A DNA stretch of 32,000 nt from positions 3,182,411 to 3,214,410 of the forward strand of contig NC_020409.1 in the NCBI RefSeq assembly GCF_000341895.1, given 5' to 3'. Both the position numbers and the translations under genes were made by a program. Position 1 is the first letter of the stretch; the number at the start of each line of letters is the position of its first letter. The DNA is from Pseudodesulfovibrio piezophilus C1TLV30 (GTDB lineage: Bacteria; Desulfobacterota; Desulfovibrionia; Desulfovibrionales; Desulfovibrionaceae). Below are positions 7,707 through 16,412 of the stretch, one piece after another. The notes under the pieces were generated by a model. It did not search any database. It was given only the letters and a program-made list of their open reading frames with translations, and was not told the origin of the DNA.

Positions 7707-10210
7707 TGGCTGCCAAAAATTTGCTTGTTGCCCTGGCTGGGCAGCCGAATTGTGGAAAATCCACAGTTTTCAATATGCTTACGGGGGCTCGGCAGCATGT
7801 TGCCAACTACCCCGGTGTCACTGTTGAAAAAAAATCAGGTTCGTTCAAAATGGGGACAACCCGCGTTGAACTGGTTGATCTCCCCGGAACGTACAGTCTG
7901 ACATCATATTCTCTGGAAGAGCGTGTCTCGCGTGATTTCCTGCTTGGGGACAACCCCGGCGTGGTTATCGATGTCGCAGATGCATCAAATCTCAAGCGAA
8001 ATCTCTACCTGACTCTGCAACTTCTGGAAATGGAGGTGCCGACACTCCTCAATCTGAACATGATGGATGTTGCTGAGCGGCGCAACCAGACCATTGATAT
8101 TGCTGGGTTGGAAAAAATCCTGGGTATTCCAGTTGTCCCGACCACAGCCAAGAAAGGTGAAGGGCGTGAAGCCCTGCAAGTCGCAGTGGAAAAGGCCCGA
8201 GAAAATCCCTCCGATGGGTTTTTCAAGATCGATTACAAAGGGCTTGAAGAGCACATCTCCGAGTTGGAAACACTGCTGGTGGAGGACCCGGTCCTCAGCG
8301 TGCAGTATCCGGTCCGCTGGTTTGCCATCAAGTTGTTGGAAGATGACGCCGAGGCTATTCAATTGCTTCGGCGAACACATCCTGATGCGGAGCAGGTTCT
8401 TATCAGGACGGCTCAGTGCCGTGAGCGCTTCGAAAAAGTATCCGGTAACAGTGCCGAACGCCACATAGCATTCACTCGGCACGGAATGTGCGCCAATATC
8501 GCGAAAAAAGTGGTGGTACTGCCTCAGAATCCCAAGAGAAGTTTGTCTGACCGGGCTGATAGATATATCTGCAATCGTATCCTTGGCCCCATCATTCTCA
8601 TGTGCATCCTGATGGTCTTGTATGAAGTCTCCATCGTTTTCGGAGGCTGGCTTGCCCAAAAAGTCTGGCCGCTTTGGGGAGGACTTGAGAATTTTGCAGC
8701 CAGTGTGCTGCCTGCCCCCGGTTTCATGGTCGATCCCCTCCTACGAGCCCTGGCGCAGTGGGTCGTTAAATCCACGACAGCCATTCTGAATTATCTGCCG
8801 ATCTTTTTTTTGCTTTTCAGTCTTATCGCCGCATTGGAAGATAGTGGATACATGCCACGAATGGCTTTTATTCTGGATCGCCTGTTTCGGCGTTTCGGAT
8901 TGCATGGACAATCCACATTGCCCATGATCCTTGGCGGTGTCTATGTGGGCGGTTGCGCTATTCCCGGTGTCATGGCGACCAAAGCGATCCCTGATGAACG
9001 GGCGCGGTTAGCGACCATTCTCATTGTCCCCATGATGAATTGTCTCGCGAAAGTCCCTCTTTATCTCATATTGATTGGGGCTTATTTTGCAGATGTGGGC
9101 GGGTTAGCCATGTTCTTTATCGCCACGGTGACACTGTTTATGGCACTTCCCGTCGCAAAACTCCTGTCATTGACTGTGCTCAAGAAGCGGGAGAGCGCCC
9201 CGTTCATCATGGAAATGCCTCCGTATCATGTGCCGACTCTCCAGGGCGTGTTGAGGCGGTCTTTGGAACGCATCTGGATGTTCATGAAAAAGATTGTGAC
9301 GGTGGTTTCGGCTGTTGCTGTAGTTGTTTTTGTGCTCATCAACTTTCCGGGTTTGTCGGCAGAGAGGCAAGCTCACTATGAGGAAGTTCGAGACAGTGCC
9401 ATTCAGGCTTTTGTGAAACAGGCGGACAAGACTGAATACAAGGATGTCATTACCACTGATGACGTTTTGCCGATTATTCTTTTCGGCGAGGCATTGAAGC
9501 ATTCGAAGATAGGGGTGACGGACAAAGAACAGTCCGCTGCCATCAATGCGGAATTTGAAGCGAAAAATCCCGTTTACTACGCTGTGGTCAAACGCAAGGG
9601 CAAGGACGGGAAAAAGCTCAATAAGGCGCTGAAAAAAGTGGTTCGAGCACGGAAGTCCGTGCGTCGTGAGATTCGGGCTGAGCGGTTTGAGTCAAGCTTC
9701 CTGGGAACCATGGGGCGTGCCTTGGAGCCGGTGACGCAATTTGCCGGATTCAACTGGCGTATCAATATCGCCTTGCTCTCCGCTTTTGCGGCTAAGGAAA
9801 ATAGCGCGGCAACCCTTGGTTCCATTTATGGTATCGATGGATCAGGGCAGTCTGTTCAGGAGACCATGAAAGCCGGGGAAGTCGGTTTTACCTCGCTTCA
9901 CGCCCTGGCGTTGATGCTGTTCATGGCCTTGTATCCCCCCTGCGTGCCGACATCCATCATGGTCAAGCATCAGTCGAATTCTACCGGGTGGATGTTGTTT
10001 TCCATCGGCTATCAGACATTACTCGGTTTGTTTGTGGCCAGTCTGGTTTTTACTGGCGGAAGCCTTCTTGGCCTGAGCGGATTCCAGGCCATGTGGGCTT
10101 TTTATGGCTTATGCGTCGCCACGACATTAGGCATGGCTTTGATTCCCACTCGCGAGGAAAAAGAGACTGAGATAATTACCCCGACATCTGTCAAAGAACA
10201 TTGCTCTTAA
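7706..10210 (+). CDS. feoB: Ferrous iron transporter FeoB
   Basis: 834 aa. N-terminal G-domain with G1 GQPNCGKSTVFN and G3 DLPGTYSL, followed by a polytopic membrane domain. It contains a long soluble Lys/Arg-rich insert (see findings). Confidence 0.95.
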   Translation: MAAKNLLVALAGQPNCGKSTVFNMLTGARQHVANYPGVTVEKKSGSFKMGTTRVELVDLPGTYSLTSYSLEERVSRDFLLGDNPGVVIDVADASNLKRNLYLTLQLLEMEVPTLLNLNMMDVAERRNQTIDIAGLEKILGIPVVPTTAKKGEGREALQVAVEKARENPSDGFFKIDYKGLEEHISELETLLVEDPVLSVQYPVRWFAIKLLEDDAEAIQLLRRTHPDAEQVLIRTAQCRERFEKVSGNSAERHIAFTRHGMCANIAKKVVVLPQNPKRSLSDRADRYICNRILGPIILMCILMVLYEVSIVFGGWLAQKVWPLWGGLENFAASVLPAPGFMVDPLLRALAQWVVKSTTAILNYLPIFFLLFSLIAALEDSGYMPRMAFILDRLFRRFGLHGQSTLPMILGGVYVGGCAIPGVMATKAIPDERARLATILIVPMMNCLAKVPLYLILIGAYFADVGGLAMFFIATVTLFMALPVAKLLSLTVLKKRESAPFIMEMPPYHVPTLQGVLRRSLERIWMFMKKIVTVVSAVAVVVFVLINFPGLSAERQAHYEEVRDSAIQAFVKQADKTEYKDVITTDDVLPIILFGEALKHSKIGVTDKEQSAAINAEFEAKNPVYYAVVKRKGKDGKKLNKALKKVVRARKSVRREIRAERFESSFLGTMGRALEPVTQFAGFNWRINIALLSAFAAKENSAATLGSIYGIDGSGQSVQETMKAGEVGFTSLHALALMLFMALYPPCVPTSIMVKHQSNSTGWMLFSIGYQTLLGLFVASLVFTGGSLLGLSGFQAMWAFYGLCVATTLGMALIPTREEKETEIITPTSVKEHCS

Positions 10211-10223
10211 GGAGGAGTATGAC

Positions 10224-10541
10224 ATGAAAAAAATGATGATTGTATTAACTTTGGCCGCATTGGTCGCCTTTGCAGGCAATGCCTTTGCTCACAGTCCGCT
10301 GATGAGTTGTTTTGACAATGGCGATAACACCGTGACCTGCGAAGGCGGATTTTCCGATGGGTCTTCTGCTTCGGGTGTCAAAATAACTGTTAAAAGCAGT
10401 GATGGTAAAGAATTGACTTCAGGAAATATGAATGAAGACAGCGAATTCAGTTTCGAGAAGCCCGCAGAAGCGTACATGGTTATTTTTGATGCCGGTGAAG
10501 GCCATACCGTTGAAGTGAATGGTGCGGACATCGTCGAATAG
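10224..10541 (+). CDS. Small secreted protein (beta-sandwich-like, NikL-like position), predicted mature N-terminus His
   Basis: 105 aa. The signal peptide ends GNAFA|HSP. The mature part has two Cys (MSCF, VTCEG) and a transthyretin/CarboxypepD_reg-like stretch (VKITVKSSDGKELTSGNMNEDSEFSFEKPAEAYMVIFDAGEGHTVEV). SD GGAGGAG lies upstream. Confidence 0.6.
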   Translation: MKKMMIVLTLAALVAFAGNAFAHSPLMSCFDNGDNTVTCEGGFSDGSSASGVKITVKSSDGKELTSGNMNEDSEFSFEKPAEAYMVIFDAGEGHTVEVNGADIVE

Positions 10542-10591
10542 GTGAAGAGAGCGTAGGGAGGATGTCTTCTCTGCGCTTTTTCATAATGACT

Positions 10592-10614
10592 AAAATGAGA
10601 ATAAGACTCATTTT
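10592..10614 (+). promoter_or_regulatory. Perfect 8-bp inverted repeat (Fur-box-like or RNA hairpin) ahead of the DUF4198-like gene
   Basis: AAAATGAG-aataaga-CTCATTTT, located 22 nt upstream of ATG 10637. The overlapping 19-mer TAAAATGAGAATAAGACTC matches 12/19 of the classical Fur box. Confidence 0.35.
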
Positions 10615-10636
10615 CAATTAACAAGGAGAGCATGAC

Positions 10637-11464
10637 ATGAAAAAGCGTTTGATTCCCTTTCTCACTGCCGTATGCGTCCTGACTGTGGTGGGGTCAGCCT
10701 TTGCCCACTTCATGGTGATGTACACCCCGGAAGTCGCTTTGCACAGCGGTTCGGATCTAGACATGCGTGTCTTGTTTACCCACCCTGCTGAGGCTGGGCA
10801 CATGATGGACATGGGCGGTATTGAGGAATTTTATGTACTCACCCAACGCGGTGATTCAAAGGTCAAAAAAACTGATTTGAAAGGGTATCTAAAAGATATC
10901 GAGTGGGCCAATCCGCATGCGAAGGCTCCTGCCTTTTCTGCCATGATTCCCAAAAAAGTCGTCCGTTCCATGGGCGATTATGTCTTTGTCATGAAGCCCG
11001 GACACTATTTCGAAAAGGAAGAAGGCGTCTACATGCAGCAGATCACCAAGCTGATCCTGAATGTCGGCGGCGTTCCCGGAAATTGGGCTGACCCTGTCGG
11101 CTTGCCGTGCGAAATCGTGCCTCTCATCAAGCCTTACGGTTTGTGGACAGGAAATGTTTTCAAGGCTCAGGTCTTGTCCGAGGGCAAACCTGTTGCTGGC
11201 GCGGAAGTGGAAGTCGAATTCATGAACCACATGCCGGATCTCAGCACCAACTCCATGCCTGCTGAAGGCACTGTTGAATACCCTCACGATGCTTTTGTCA
11301 CTCAGACAATCTATTCCGATGCCAATGGGTACATTGCCTTTGGCATTCCCAAAGCCGGTTGGTGGGGCTTTGCCGCACTCGGAGTCGGTCCTGAAAAAGA
11401 ATACAAAGGCAAGGAACTCGGTCAGGACGCAGTCATCTGGGTCAAAGCCGTGGATATGAAATAA
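10637..11464 (+). CDS. Periplasmic DUF4198-like (NikK/CbiK-type) metal-binding protein
   Basis: 275 aa. The signal peptide ends GSAFA|HFM, so the mature N-terminus is again His. An Ig/transthyretin-like segment reads KAQVLSEGKPVAGAEVEVEF. The family assignment is from memory of the DUF4198 layout and was not searched. Confidence 0.6.
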   Translation: MKKRLIPFLTAVCVLTVVGSAFAHFMVMYTPEVALHSGSDLDMRVLFTHPAEAGHMMDMGGIEEFYVLTQRGDSKVKKTDLKGYLKDIEWANPHAKAPAFSAMIPKKVVRSMGDYVFVMKPGHYFEKEEGVYMQQITKLILNVGGVPGNWADPVGLPCEIVPLIKPYGLWTGNVFKAQVLSEGKPVAGAEVEVEFMNHMPDLSTNSMPAEGTVEYPHDAFVTQTIYSDANGYIAFGIPKAGWWGFAALGVGPEKEYKGKELGQDAVIWVKAVDMK

Positions 11465-11505
11465 CGAATAAGCTCTCTCTGTCTCTCTAGCGAGCGCCTC
11501 CAGAA

Positions 11506-11541
11506 GGTGTGGCGGGTTTTACCATACCAGCCCGCCACACC
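11506..11541 (+). terminator. Strong hairpin after the DUF4198-like gene (possible terminator or processing site; no U-tail)
   Basis: GGTGTGGCGGG / CCCGCCACACC form a perfect 11-bp stem with a 14-nt loop. No T-run follows, so intrinsic termination is uncertain. Confidence 0.35.
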
Positions 11542-11558
11542 ACGACATTTCAAAGCAG

Positions 11559-12248
11559 GTGAACATGACGAACCTCCCTCAGATGCGAGCCATTGAACTT
11601 GAGGATATTTGCGAATTCCAGGTGCTGGATGCAGTCCAGATGACGGTACACCAATTCGCGGAATCCTTGAGCCATATCATTGATGCCAAGGATCACAGTA
11701 CTCACTCCCATTCCGAGGAGGTCGCCGTCATGTCCCAAACCATTGGCCAGCAAATGGGGCTGAGCGCAAAGCAGTCGGACATTCTTCACCTTGCAGGGCA
11801 TCTGCATGATATCGGGAAGGTCGGTATTCAGGATGCCATCCTGAAGAAACGTGGACCATTGACTCGAAAGGAATTCAATATCATCAAGAAACACCCGGTC
11901 ATAGGCGCACAAATCATGGCTCCAGTCGCTCCCTTTGCCGGAAAGAACGGCATTGTAAAAATGATTCTGCACCATCATGAACGGTTTGACGGGAATGGCT
12001 ATCCGGATGGACTTCGTGCGCGGAATATTCCTCTTGGCGCTCGTATTATCGCTGTGGCGGACAGTCTTTCAGCCATGTTGCAGGACCGTCCCTATCGACG
12101 GGCCATGTTTTATGAAGAAGCGCTCCAGGAAATCTACGATTGTTCCGGTTCTCAGTTTGATCCGGTGGTTGTCAATGCCCTGTTCAGTGTGAAGGGAATT
12201 ATCAAGACCTATTTGTGTTCATTGCATAAGAATAAGGATGTTGCATGA
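11559..12248 (+). CDS. Stand-alone HD-GYP domain protein (c-di-GMP phosphodiesterase family)
   Basis: 229 aa with HSEEVA, HLHDIGKVGI and HHHERFDGNGYPDGL (HD plus GYP motifs). No receiver or sensor domain. The listed start is GTG at 11559, and an in-frame ATG lies at 11565. Confidence 0.85.
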   Translation: MNMTNLPQMRAIELEDICEFQVLDAVQMTVHQFAESLSHIIDAKDHSTHSHSEEVAVMSQTIGQQMGLSAKQSDILHLAGHLHDIGKVGIQDAILKKRGPLTRKEFNIIKKHPVIGAQIMAPVAPFAGKNGIVKMILHHHERFDGNGYPDGLRARNIPLGARIIAVADSLSAMLQDRPYRRAMFYEEALQEIYDCSGSQFDPVVVNALFSVKGIIKTYLCSLHKNKDVA

Positions 12249-12913
12249 TCATGGGGAAGAAACACCCTTTGCCTCTTTGTGAGGTCATCGTCAAACCATC
12301 CGGTTCCGGGTTGGAAACCCGTCTTGTTCTTTTGGCGGCACTCCTGACAGTGATAGTGTGTGGGGGCATCATCATGGTTCGTCATGCCACGGCTACGGTC
12401 CAGGAAGCTCCCTCATGGCAGATGAATGCATTTACTGATCTTCGCTCTGAAGAGTTGGCAACATTCAACGCCTTGTATACAGCAGCTCCCGAAATTGAGG
12501 CATTTCATGAGGATGAAGACGGGCGTTGGCCTTCGGTCACTGAACTCAGAGCCGAGTTTGTCCCTCCTTTTGTGCAGGATGCGGCATGGCAACGAAATGG
12601 TGGGTTGGATTGGGCGCGAAGTCTCATCAGTACCAGTGACAAGCATATCGCTTGCTATCTCGGAAGTCCCATGGAGCAGGATAAATCCGGCTCTTTCCTG
12701 CTGATCATGTTGCATGGACATGTCAAAAAGGAAGGGAACGCAGGGGCATCCTCGCATGTGCCTTACGAGATCTGGCTTCACGCTTCACCCGTGGCCGAAT
12801 TCCCTGATTTGGTCACGGATCAGGCACTCATCAACGCGGGCTGGCGTGTGGTGGTGGCTCGAAAAGGTGAGGATGAAATGCGGCGGACCAAAGGTGAGGG
12901 GTATATCCAATGA
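12245..12913 (+). CDS. Uncharacterised single-pass membrane protein, translationally coupled between the HD-GYP gene and the ABC transporter
   Basis: 222 aa. One TM helix (LVLLAALLTVIVCGGIIMV) followed by a soluble domain of about 160 aa with no motif I recognise. ATGA overlaps occur at both ends (12245-12248 and 12910-12913). Confidence 0.55.
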   Translation: MIMGKKHPLPLCEVIVKPSGSGLETRLVLLAALLTVIVCGGIIMVRHATATVQEAPSWQMNAFTDLRSEELATFNALYTAAPEIEAFHEDEDGRWPSVTELRAEFVPPFVQDAAWQRNGGLDWARSLISTSDKHIACYLGSPMEQDKSGSFLLIMLHGHVKKEGNAGASSHVPYEIWLHASPVAEFPDLVTDQALINAGWRVVVARKGEDEMRRTKGEGYIQ

Positions 12914-13839
12914 TCAAAAAAATGTTTTTCCCTCTGGTATACATGAGCTTTATGTTTTTGTTCATTTCGGCGGGTGTTGTTTCCGCAGGGACAACGCTTC
13001 CTCGTATCGGGGTCACTTTGCATCCGTATTACAGTTTTGTCGCGGCGATTGTCGGTAACACGGCTGAAGTGGTCCCTCTTATTGGCGAGGGGTTCAACCC
13101 GCATAATTATCGGCCGCAACCTGAAGATATCAAGCGCTCCATGACCCTGGATGCCTTGGTCGTCAATGGGATAGGTCACGATGAATTCGCTTTTGAAATA
13201 GTGGAGGCGGCGGATATGAAAGGCACGTTGCCCATCATTTTTGCCAACAAGGATGTCTCCCTGATTCCCGTGGGAGGTCATCTTGATGGTAAAAAAATCG
13301 TGAATCCGCACACTTTTGTCTCGGTGACTGCTTCAGTCCGCCAGATATATACCATCGCTCAGGGACTGAGTGAGTTGTTTCCCGAGCATGCCGATCTCTA
13401 TCGCAGGAATGCCAGACGTTATGCAGCTCGACTCAGGCGTATGAAGGCGGAATACATGGAGCGTCTCGCCATGTTGCCGAGCATGGATTTTCGATGTGCG
13501 ACCATTCACGGTGGGTATGACTATCTTTTTCAGGATTTCGGACTTCAGGTCACGGCAGTGATTGAGCCCGGACATGGTCTCAAACCTACGGCAAGCCAAC
13601 TTGCCAGGACCATTGACGAAATAAAGCGGCTTGGGGTGGACGTTATTTTCACTGAAATGGCTTTCCCTGATAAATACGTGGATACCATTCACGAAGAAAC
13701 AGGGATTCGCATCAGACATCTCTCTCATTTGACAAGCGGCGAATATAGCAAAGACGGCTTTGAAAAGGGGCTGCGGGCCAATCTGGAAGCTCTGACCAGC
13801 GCCCTGATCGAAGCTCAAAGTTCCAAGCAAGGAGGTTGA
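12910..13839 (+). CDS. Metal ABC transporter substrate-binding protein (ZnuA/TroA cluster A-I)
   Basis: 309 aa with a signal peptide. The three canonical His-containing blocks are present: TLHPYYSF, NPHNYRP and NPHTFVS. Metal specificity (Zn, Mn or Fe) cannot be determined from sequence. Confidence 0.85.
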   Translation: MIKKMFFPLVYMSFMFLFISAGVVSAGTTLPRIGVTLHPYYSFVAAIVGNTAEVVPLIGEGFNPHNYRPQPEDIKRSMTLDALVVNGIGHDEFAFEIVEAADMKGTLPIIFANKDVSLIPVGGHLDGKKIVNPHTFVSVTASVRQIYTIAQGLSELFPEHADLYRRNARRYAARLRRMKAEYMERLAMLPSMDFRCATIHGGYDYLFQDFGLQVTAVIEPGHGLKPTASQLARTIDEIKRLGVDVIFTEMAFPDKYVDTIHEETGIRIRHLSHLTSGEYSKDGFEKGLRANLEALTSALIEAQSSKQGG

Positions 13840-13840
13840 G

Positions 13841-14569
13841 ATGACAGTCACCCATATGACGGGCGGTCCCTCTGTGCACTTCGAGAATGTCGGTCTTTCA
13901 CTTGGCGGAAACACCATCCTCGACGGGGTGAATTTTACGGTGGCAGCCGGAACCATTCATTGTGTTATCGGTCCCAATGGAGGGGGGAAGACTTCACTCA
14001 TTCGGTCCCTGCTCGGTCAAATGCCCCATACTGGGGATATTCGTATCTGCTGGGGGAATGATTGGACCATGGGGTATGTGCCTCAGGCCCTTGAGTTCGA
14101 TGATTCACTCCCAATGACCGTTGCCGATTTCATGGCGATGATCGGGCAACGTCATCGTCCTGCTTTCATGGGCTTGAAACGGGATAGCCGGACTTTGGTT
14201 GAGAATGTTCTGGCTCGAGTTGACATGCTCGACAAAAGAGATCGACCTTTTGGCTCCCTGTCCGGCGGTGAACGGCAACGCGTGCTGCTGGCACAGGCCC
14301 TGATGCCTTCCCCGAAACTGCTCGTGCTGGATGAACCCGCATCCGGGTTGGACAAAGCAGGTGCTGCCGTCATGCATTCCATTGTTCAGGAATTGTCGGA
14401 CAACGGAACGACTGTCCTTATCATTCATCATGATCTTGGTATAGTTCGGGAAATAGCCCATGGGGTGACCTGCATAAATCAACACATGCTTTTCTCCGGC
14501 GATCCGCAGCAGGAATTGACCTCGGAGCGCATTTTTACCATCTTCTCCTCTTCTGCAAAGGCGGCTTGA
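13841..14569 (+). CDS. Metal ABC transporter ATP-binding protein
   Basis: Walker A GPNGGGKTS, signature LSGGERQR, Walker B LLVLDEP, H-loop IIHHD. Confidence 0.9.
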   Translation: MTVTHMTGGPSVHFENVGLSLGGNTILDGVNFTVAAGTIHCVIGPNGGGKTSLIRSLLGQMPHTGDIRICWGNDWTMGYVPQALEFDDSLPMTVADFMAMIGQRHRPAFMGLKRDSRTLVENVLARVDMLDKRDRPFGSLSGGERQRVLLAQALMPSPKLLVLDEPASGLDKAGAAVMHSIVQELSDNGTTVLIIHHDLGIVREIAHGVTCINQHMLFSGDPQQELTSERIFTIFSSSAKAA

Positions 14570-15480
14570 TTTTCATGCATTCAGTGTACGATTTTATTCG
14601 GTCTCCACTTATGGAGTGGGGCAGGGCTGGGGTATTGCCGGAATTTTTCCAATACGCTTTTGTGGTCAATGCGCTTTTGTGTGCTTTGATTGCCGGGCCG
14701 TTGCTGGGTGGGATAGGAACCATGGTCGTTTCCAAACGATTGGCTTTTTTTTCCCAGGCAGTGGGGCAGGCTGCCTTGACCGGTGTCGCCCTTGGCGTGC
14801 TTCTCGGGGAGCCTGTCACAGCTCCGTATGCCTCTCTTTTCGGTTTTTGCATTCTTTTTGCCTTGACCATGAATTATACCAGGAACCGCACGCGTATGAA
14901 GCAGGATACTGTTATCGGTGTCTTTCTCTCTATTTCGCTGGCAGTGGGTGCCTGCGTTTTGCTTTATGTCACAGCTCGGGTCAACATGCATGTCCTCGAC
15001 AATATCCTGTTCGGTTCCATTCTGACGGTCAATGACACTGATATGAATGTCCTTCTGGGTATCGGGGCCATTTGTATGGCGGTGGGGATTCCCACCTATA
15101 ATAATATGCTGCTGTCCAGTTTCAATTCCAGTCTGGCTCAGGTTCGCGGGGTCAATGCTACCCTGCACGATTATATCTTCGTGCTCATGATTACTGTGAT
15201 TACCGTAGCGTGCCTCAAGATCGTCGGCGCGGTACTGGTGGAAGCGCTTCTGATCATTCCTGCGGCTTCGGCACGGAATATCAGCCGTTCCATCAAGGGT
15301 TTTTTCGGATACAGTGTCGTTTTTGCCACCGTGAGTTGCCTGCTTGGCATCATTGTCCCCATGCAGTTTGAAATACCGGTGCCGTCCGGTGGGGCAATTA
15401 TTCTGGTCGCGTCATTCCTTTTTGCGCTTACTGCCGGAATTCGGGCTGTTTCCGGTTCCTACAAGGAGGCCTCGGCATGA
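14566..15480 (+). CDS. Metal ABC transporter permease (ZnuB/TroC type)
   Basis: 304-aa polytopic hydrophobic protein. The start overlaps the ATPase stop and the stop overlaps the next start. Confidence 0.9.
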   Translation: MIFMHSVYDFIRSPLMEWGRAGVLPEFFQYAFVVNALLCALIAGPLLGGIGTMVVSKRLAFFSQAVGQAALTGVALGVLLGEPVTAPYASLFGFCILFALTMNYTRNRTRMKQDTVIGVFLSISLAVGACVLLYVTARVNMHVLDNILFGSILTVNDTDMNVLLGIGAICMAVGIPTYNNMLLSSFNSSLAQVRGVNATLHDYIFVLMITVITVACLKIVGAVLVEALLIIPAASARNISRSIKGFFGYSVVFATVSCLLGIIVPMQFEIPVPSGGAIILVASFLFALTAGIRAVSGSYKEASA

Positions 15481-16412
15481 TCAAAAAACTGACATTGGCA
15501 CTCTTTGTTTCACTTCTTGTCGTTGTCGTCTCCAAGGCAGCAGTCCCTGATCTTCCGGCTCAGAGGAGCGAAACCATAGTCCTTGCCTCTCTTGATGTTG
15601 TGCAAGCACTTGGAGAGGCGCTGACGGAGCAGACATCCATCAGGGTTCTCAATGCCATTCCGCAGGGGTATTCAATGCAGGGGCAAAGGGCATACCTGAA
15701 GAAGCATCAGGACATCTTTTCCCAATTGGCAGAGCATGCAGCAGGGGTGCTTTCCGTGACCTCTGCCTGGAGCGATGATCCTCTTTATCAGTGGGCTCGA
15801 CGAGCCAATATCCGAATCGTGAATATTGATGTGACCAAGCCTCTTGATGGATATGGTGCGGGCGTGCCTCTGCTCCAGGTGGAGGGAGCGTATTCGCCGT
15901 ATGTCTGGCGCAGTCCCGCTAACCTGACTCGTATGGCCGTGATTGCGGCTGATGATCTATCCCGTCTGGTTCCCCATGAAGCGCAGACCATAGAGGAGAA
16001 TCTCAAGAAGTTGCAATCCGCATTGTTTCAATTGCGCAGTCGTTATGAAAACGCCTTCACCCAAATGGAGTTGGTTGATCTTGCTGCATTGACGGGTGAC
16101 TACACCTATCTCATGGATGAATTCGGCCTGGGCATTCGCTTTTATACCCTCAAACCCGAAGGACAGTGGACCGCAGACGAAGAACAAGCTCTTTCTCAAC
16201 ATCTGAGTCAATCAGGGATTGTCGGGGTCATTTGTCCATGGGAGCCGGAAGAAAAGGGACGTCAGGTTATCAGGAAAGGCGGCGCTGTCCCCATCGTGTT
16301 GAAAAAGTATGTGTCCTCACTGGGTGTGGACCCGGTTACATCTTTGGTTCGTTGGTATGACGATAATTTATCCCAGTTGCTTGGGGCGCTGAAAACTACA
16401 ACAGGAGGCTGA
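15477..16412 (+). CDS. Second ZnuA/TroA-fold binding-protein paralogue lacking the canonical His ligands
   Basis: 311 aa with a signal or anchor helix. It has the same overall block order as the first binding protein. The His blocks are replaced: LASLDVV for LHPYYSF, IPQGYSM for NPHNYRP, and SPYVWRSP for NPHTFVS. Confidence 0.65.
   Translation: MIKKLTLALFVSLLVVVVSKAAVPDLPAQRSETIVLASLDVVQALGEALTEQTSIRVLNAIPQGYSMQGQRAYLKKHQDIFSQLAEHAAGVLSVTSAWSDDPLYQWARRANIRIVNIDVTKPLDGYGAGVPLLQVEGAYSPYVWRSPANLTRMAVIAADDLSRLVPHEAQTIEENLKKLQSALFQLRSRYENAFTQMELVDLAALTGDYTYLMDEFGLGIRFYTLKPEGQWTADEEQALSQHLSQSGIVGVICPWEPEEKGRQVIRKGGAVPIVLKKYVSSLGVDPVTSLVRWYDDNLSQLLGALKTTTGG

Noticed and set aside
15490-15506. TGGCAC-N5-GTTT resembling a sigma54 -24/-12 element
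   Set aside because: It lacks the conserved GC of the -12 element and lies inside the coding sequence of the second binding-protein gene.
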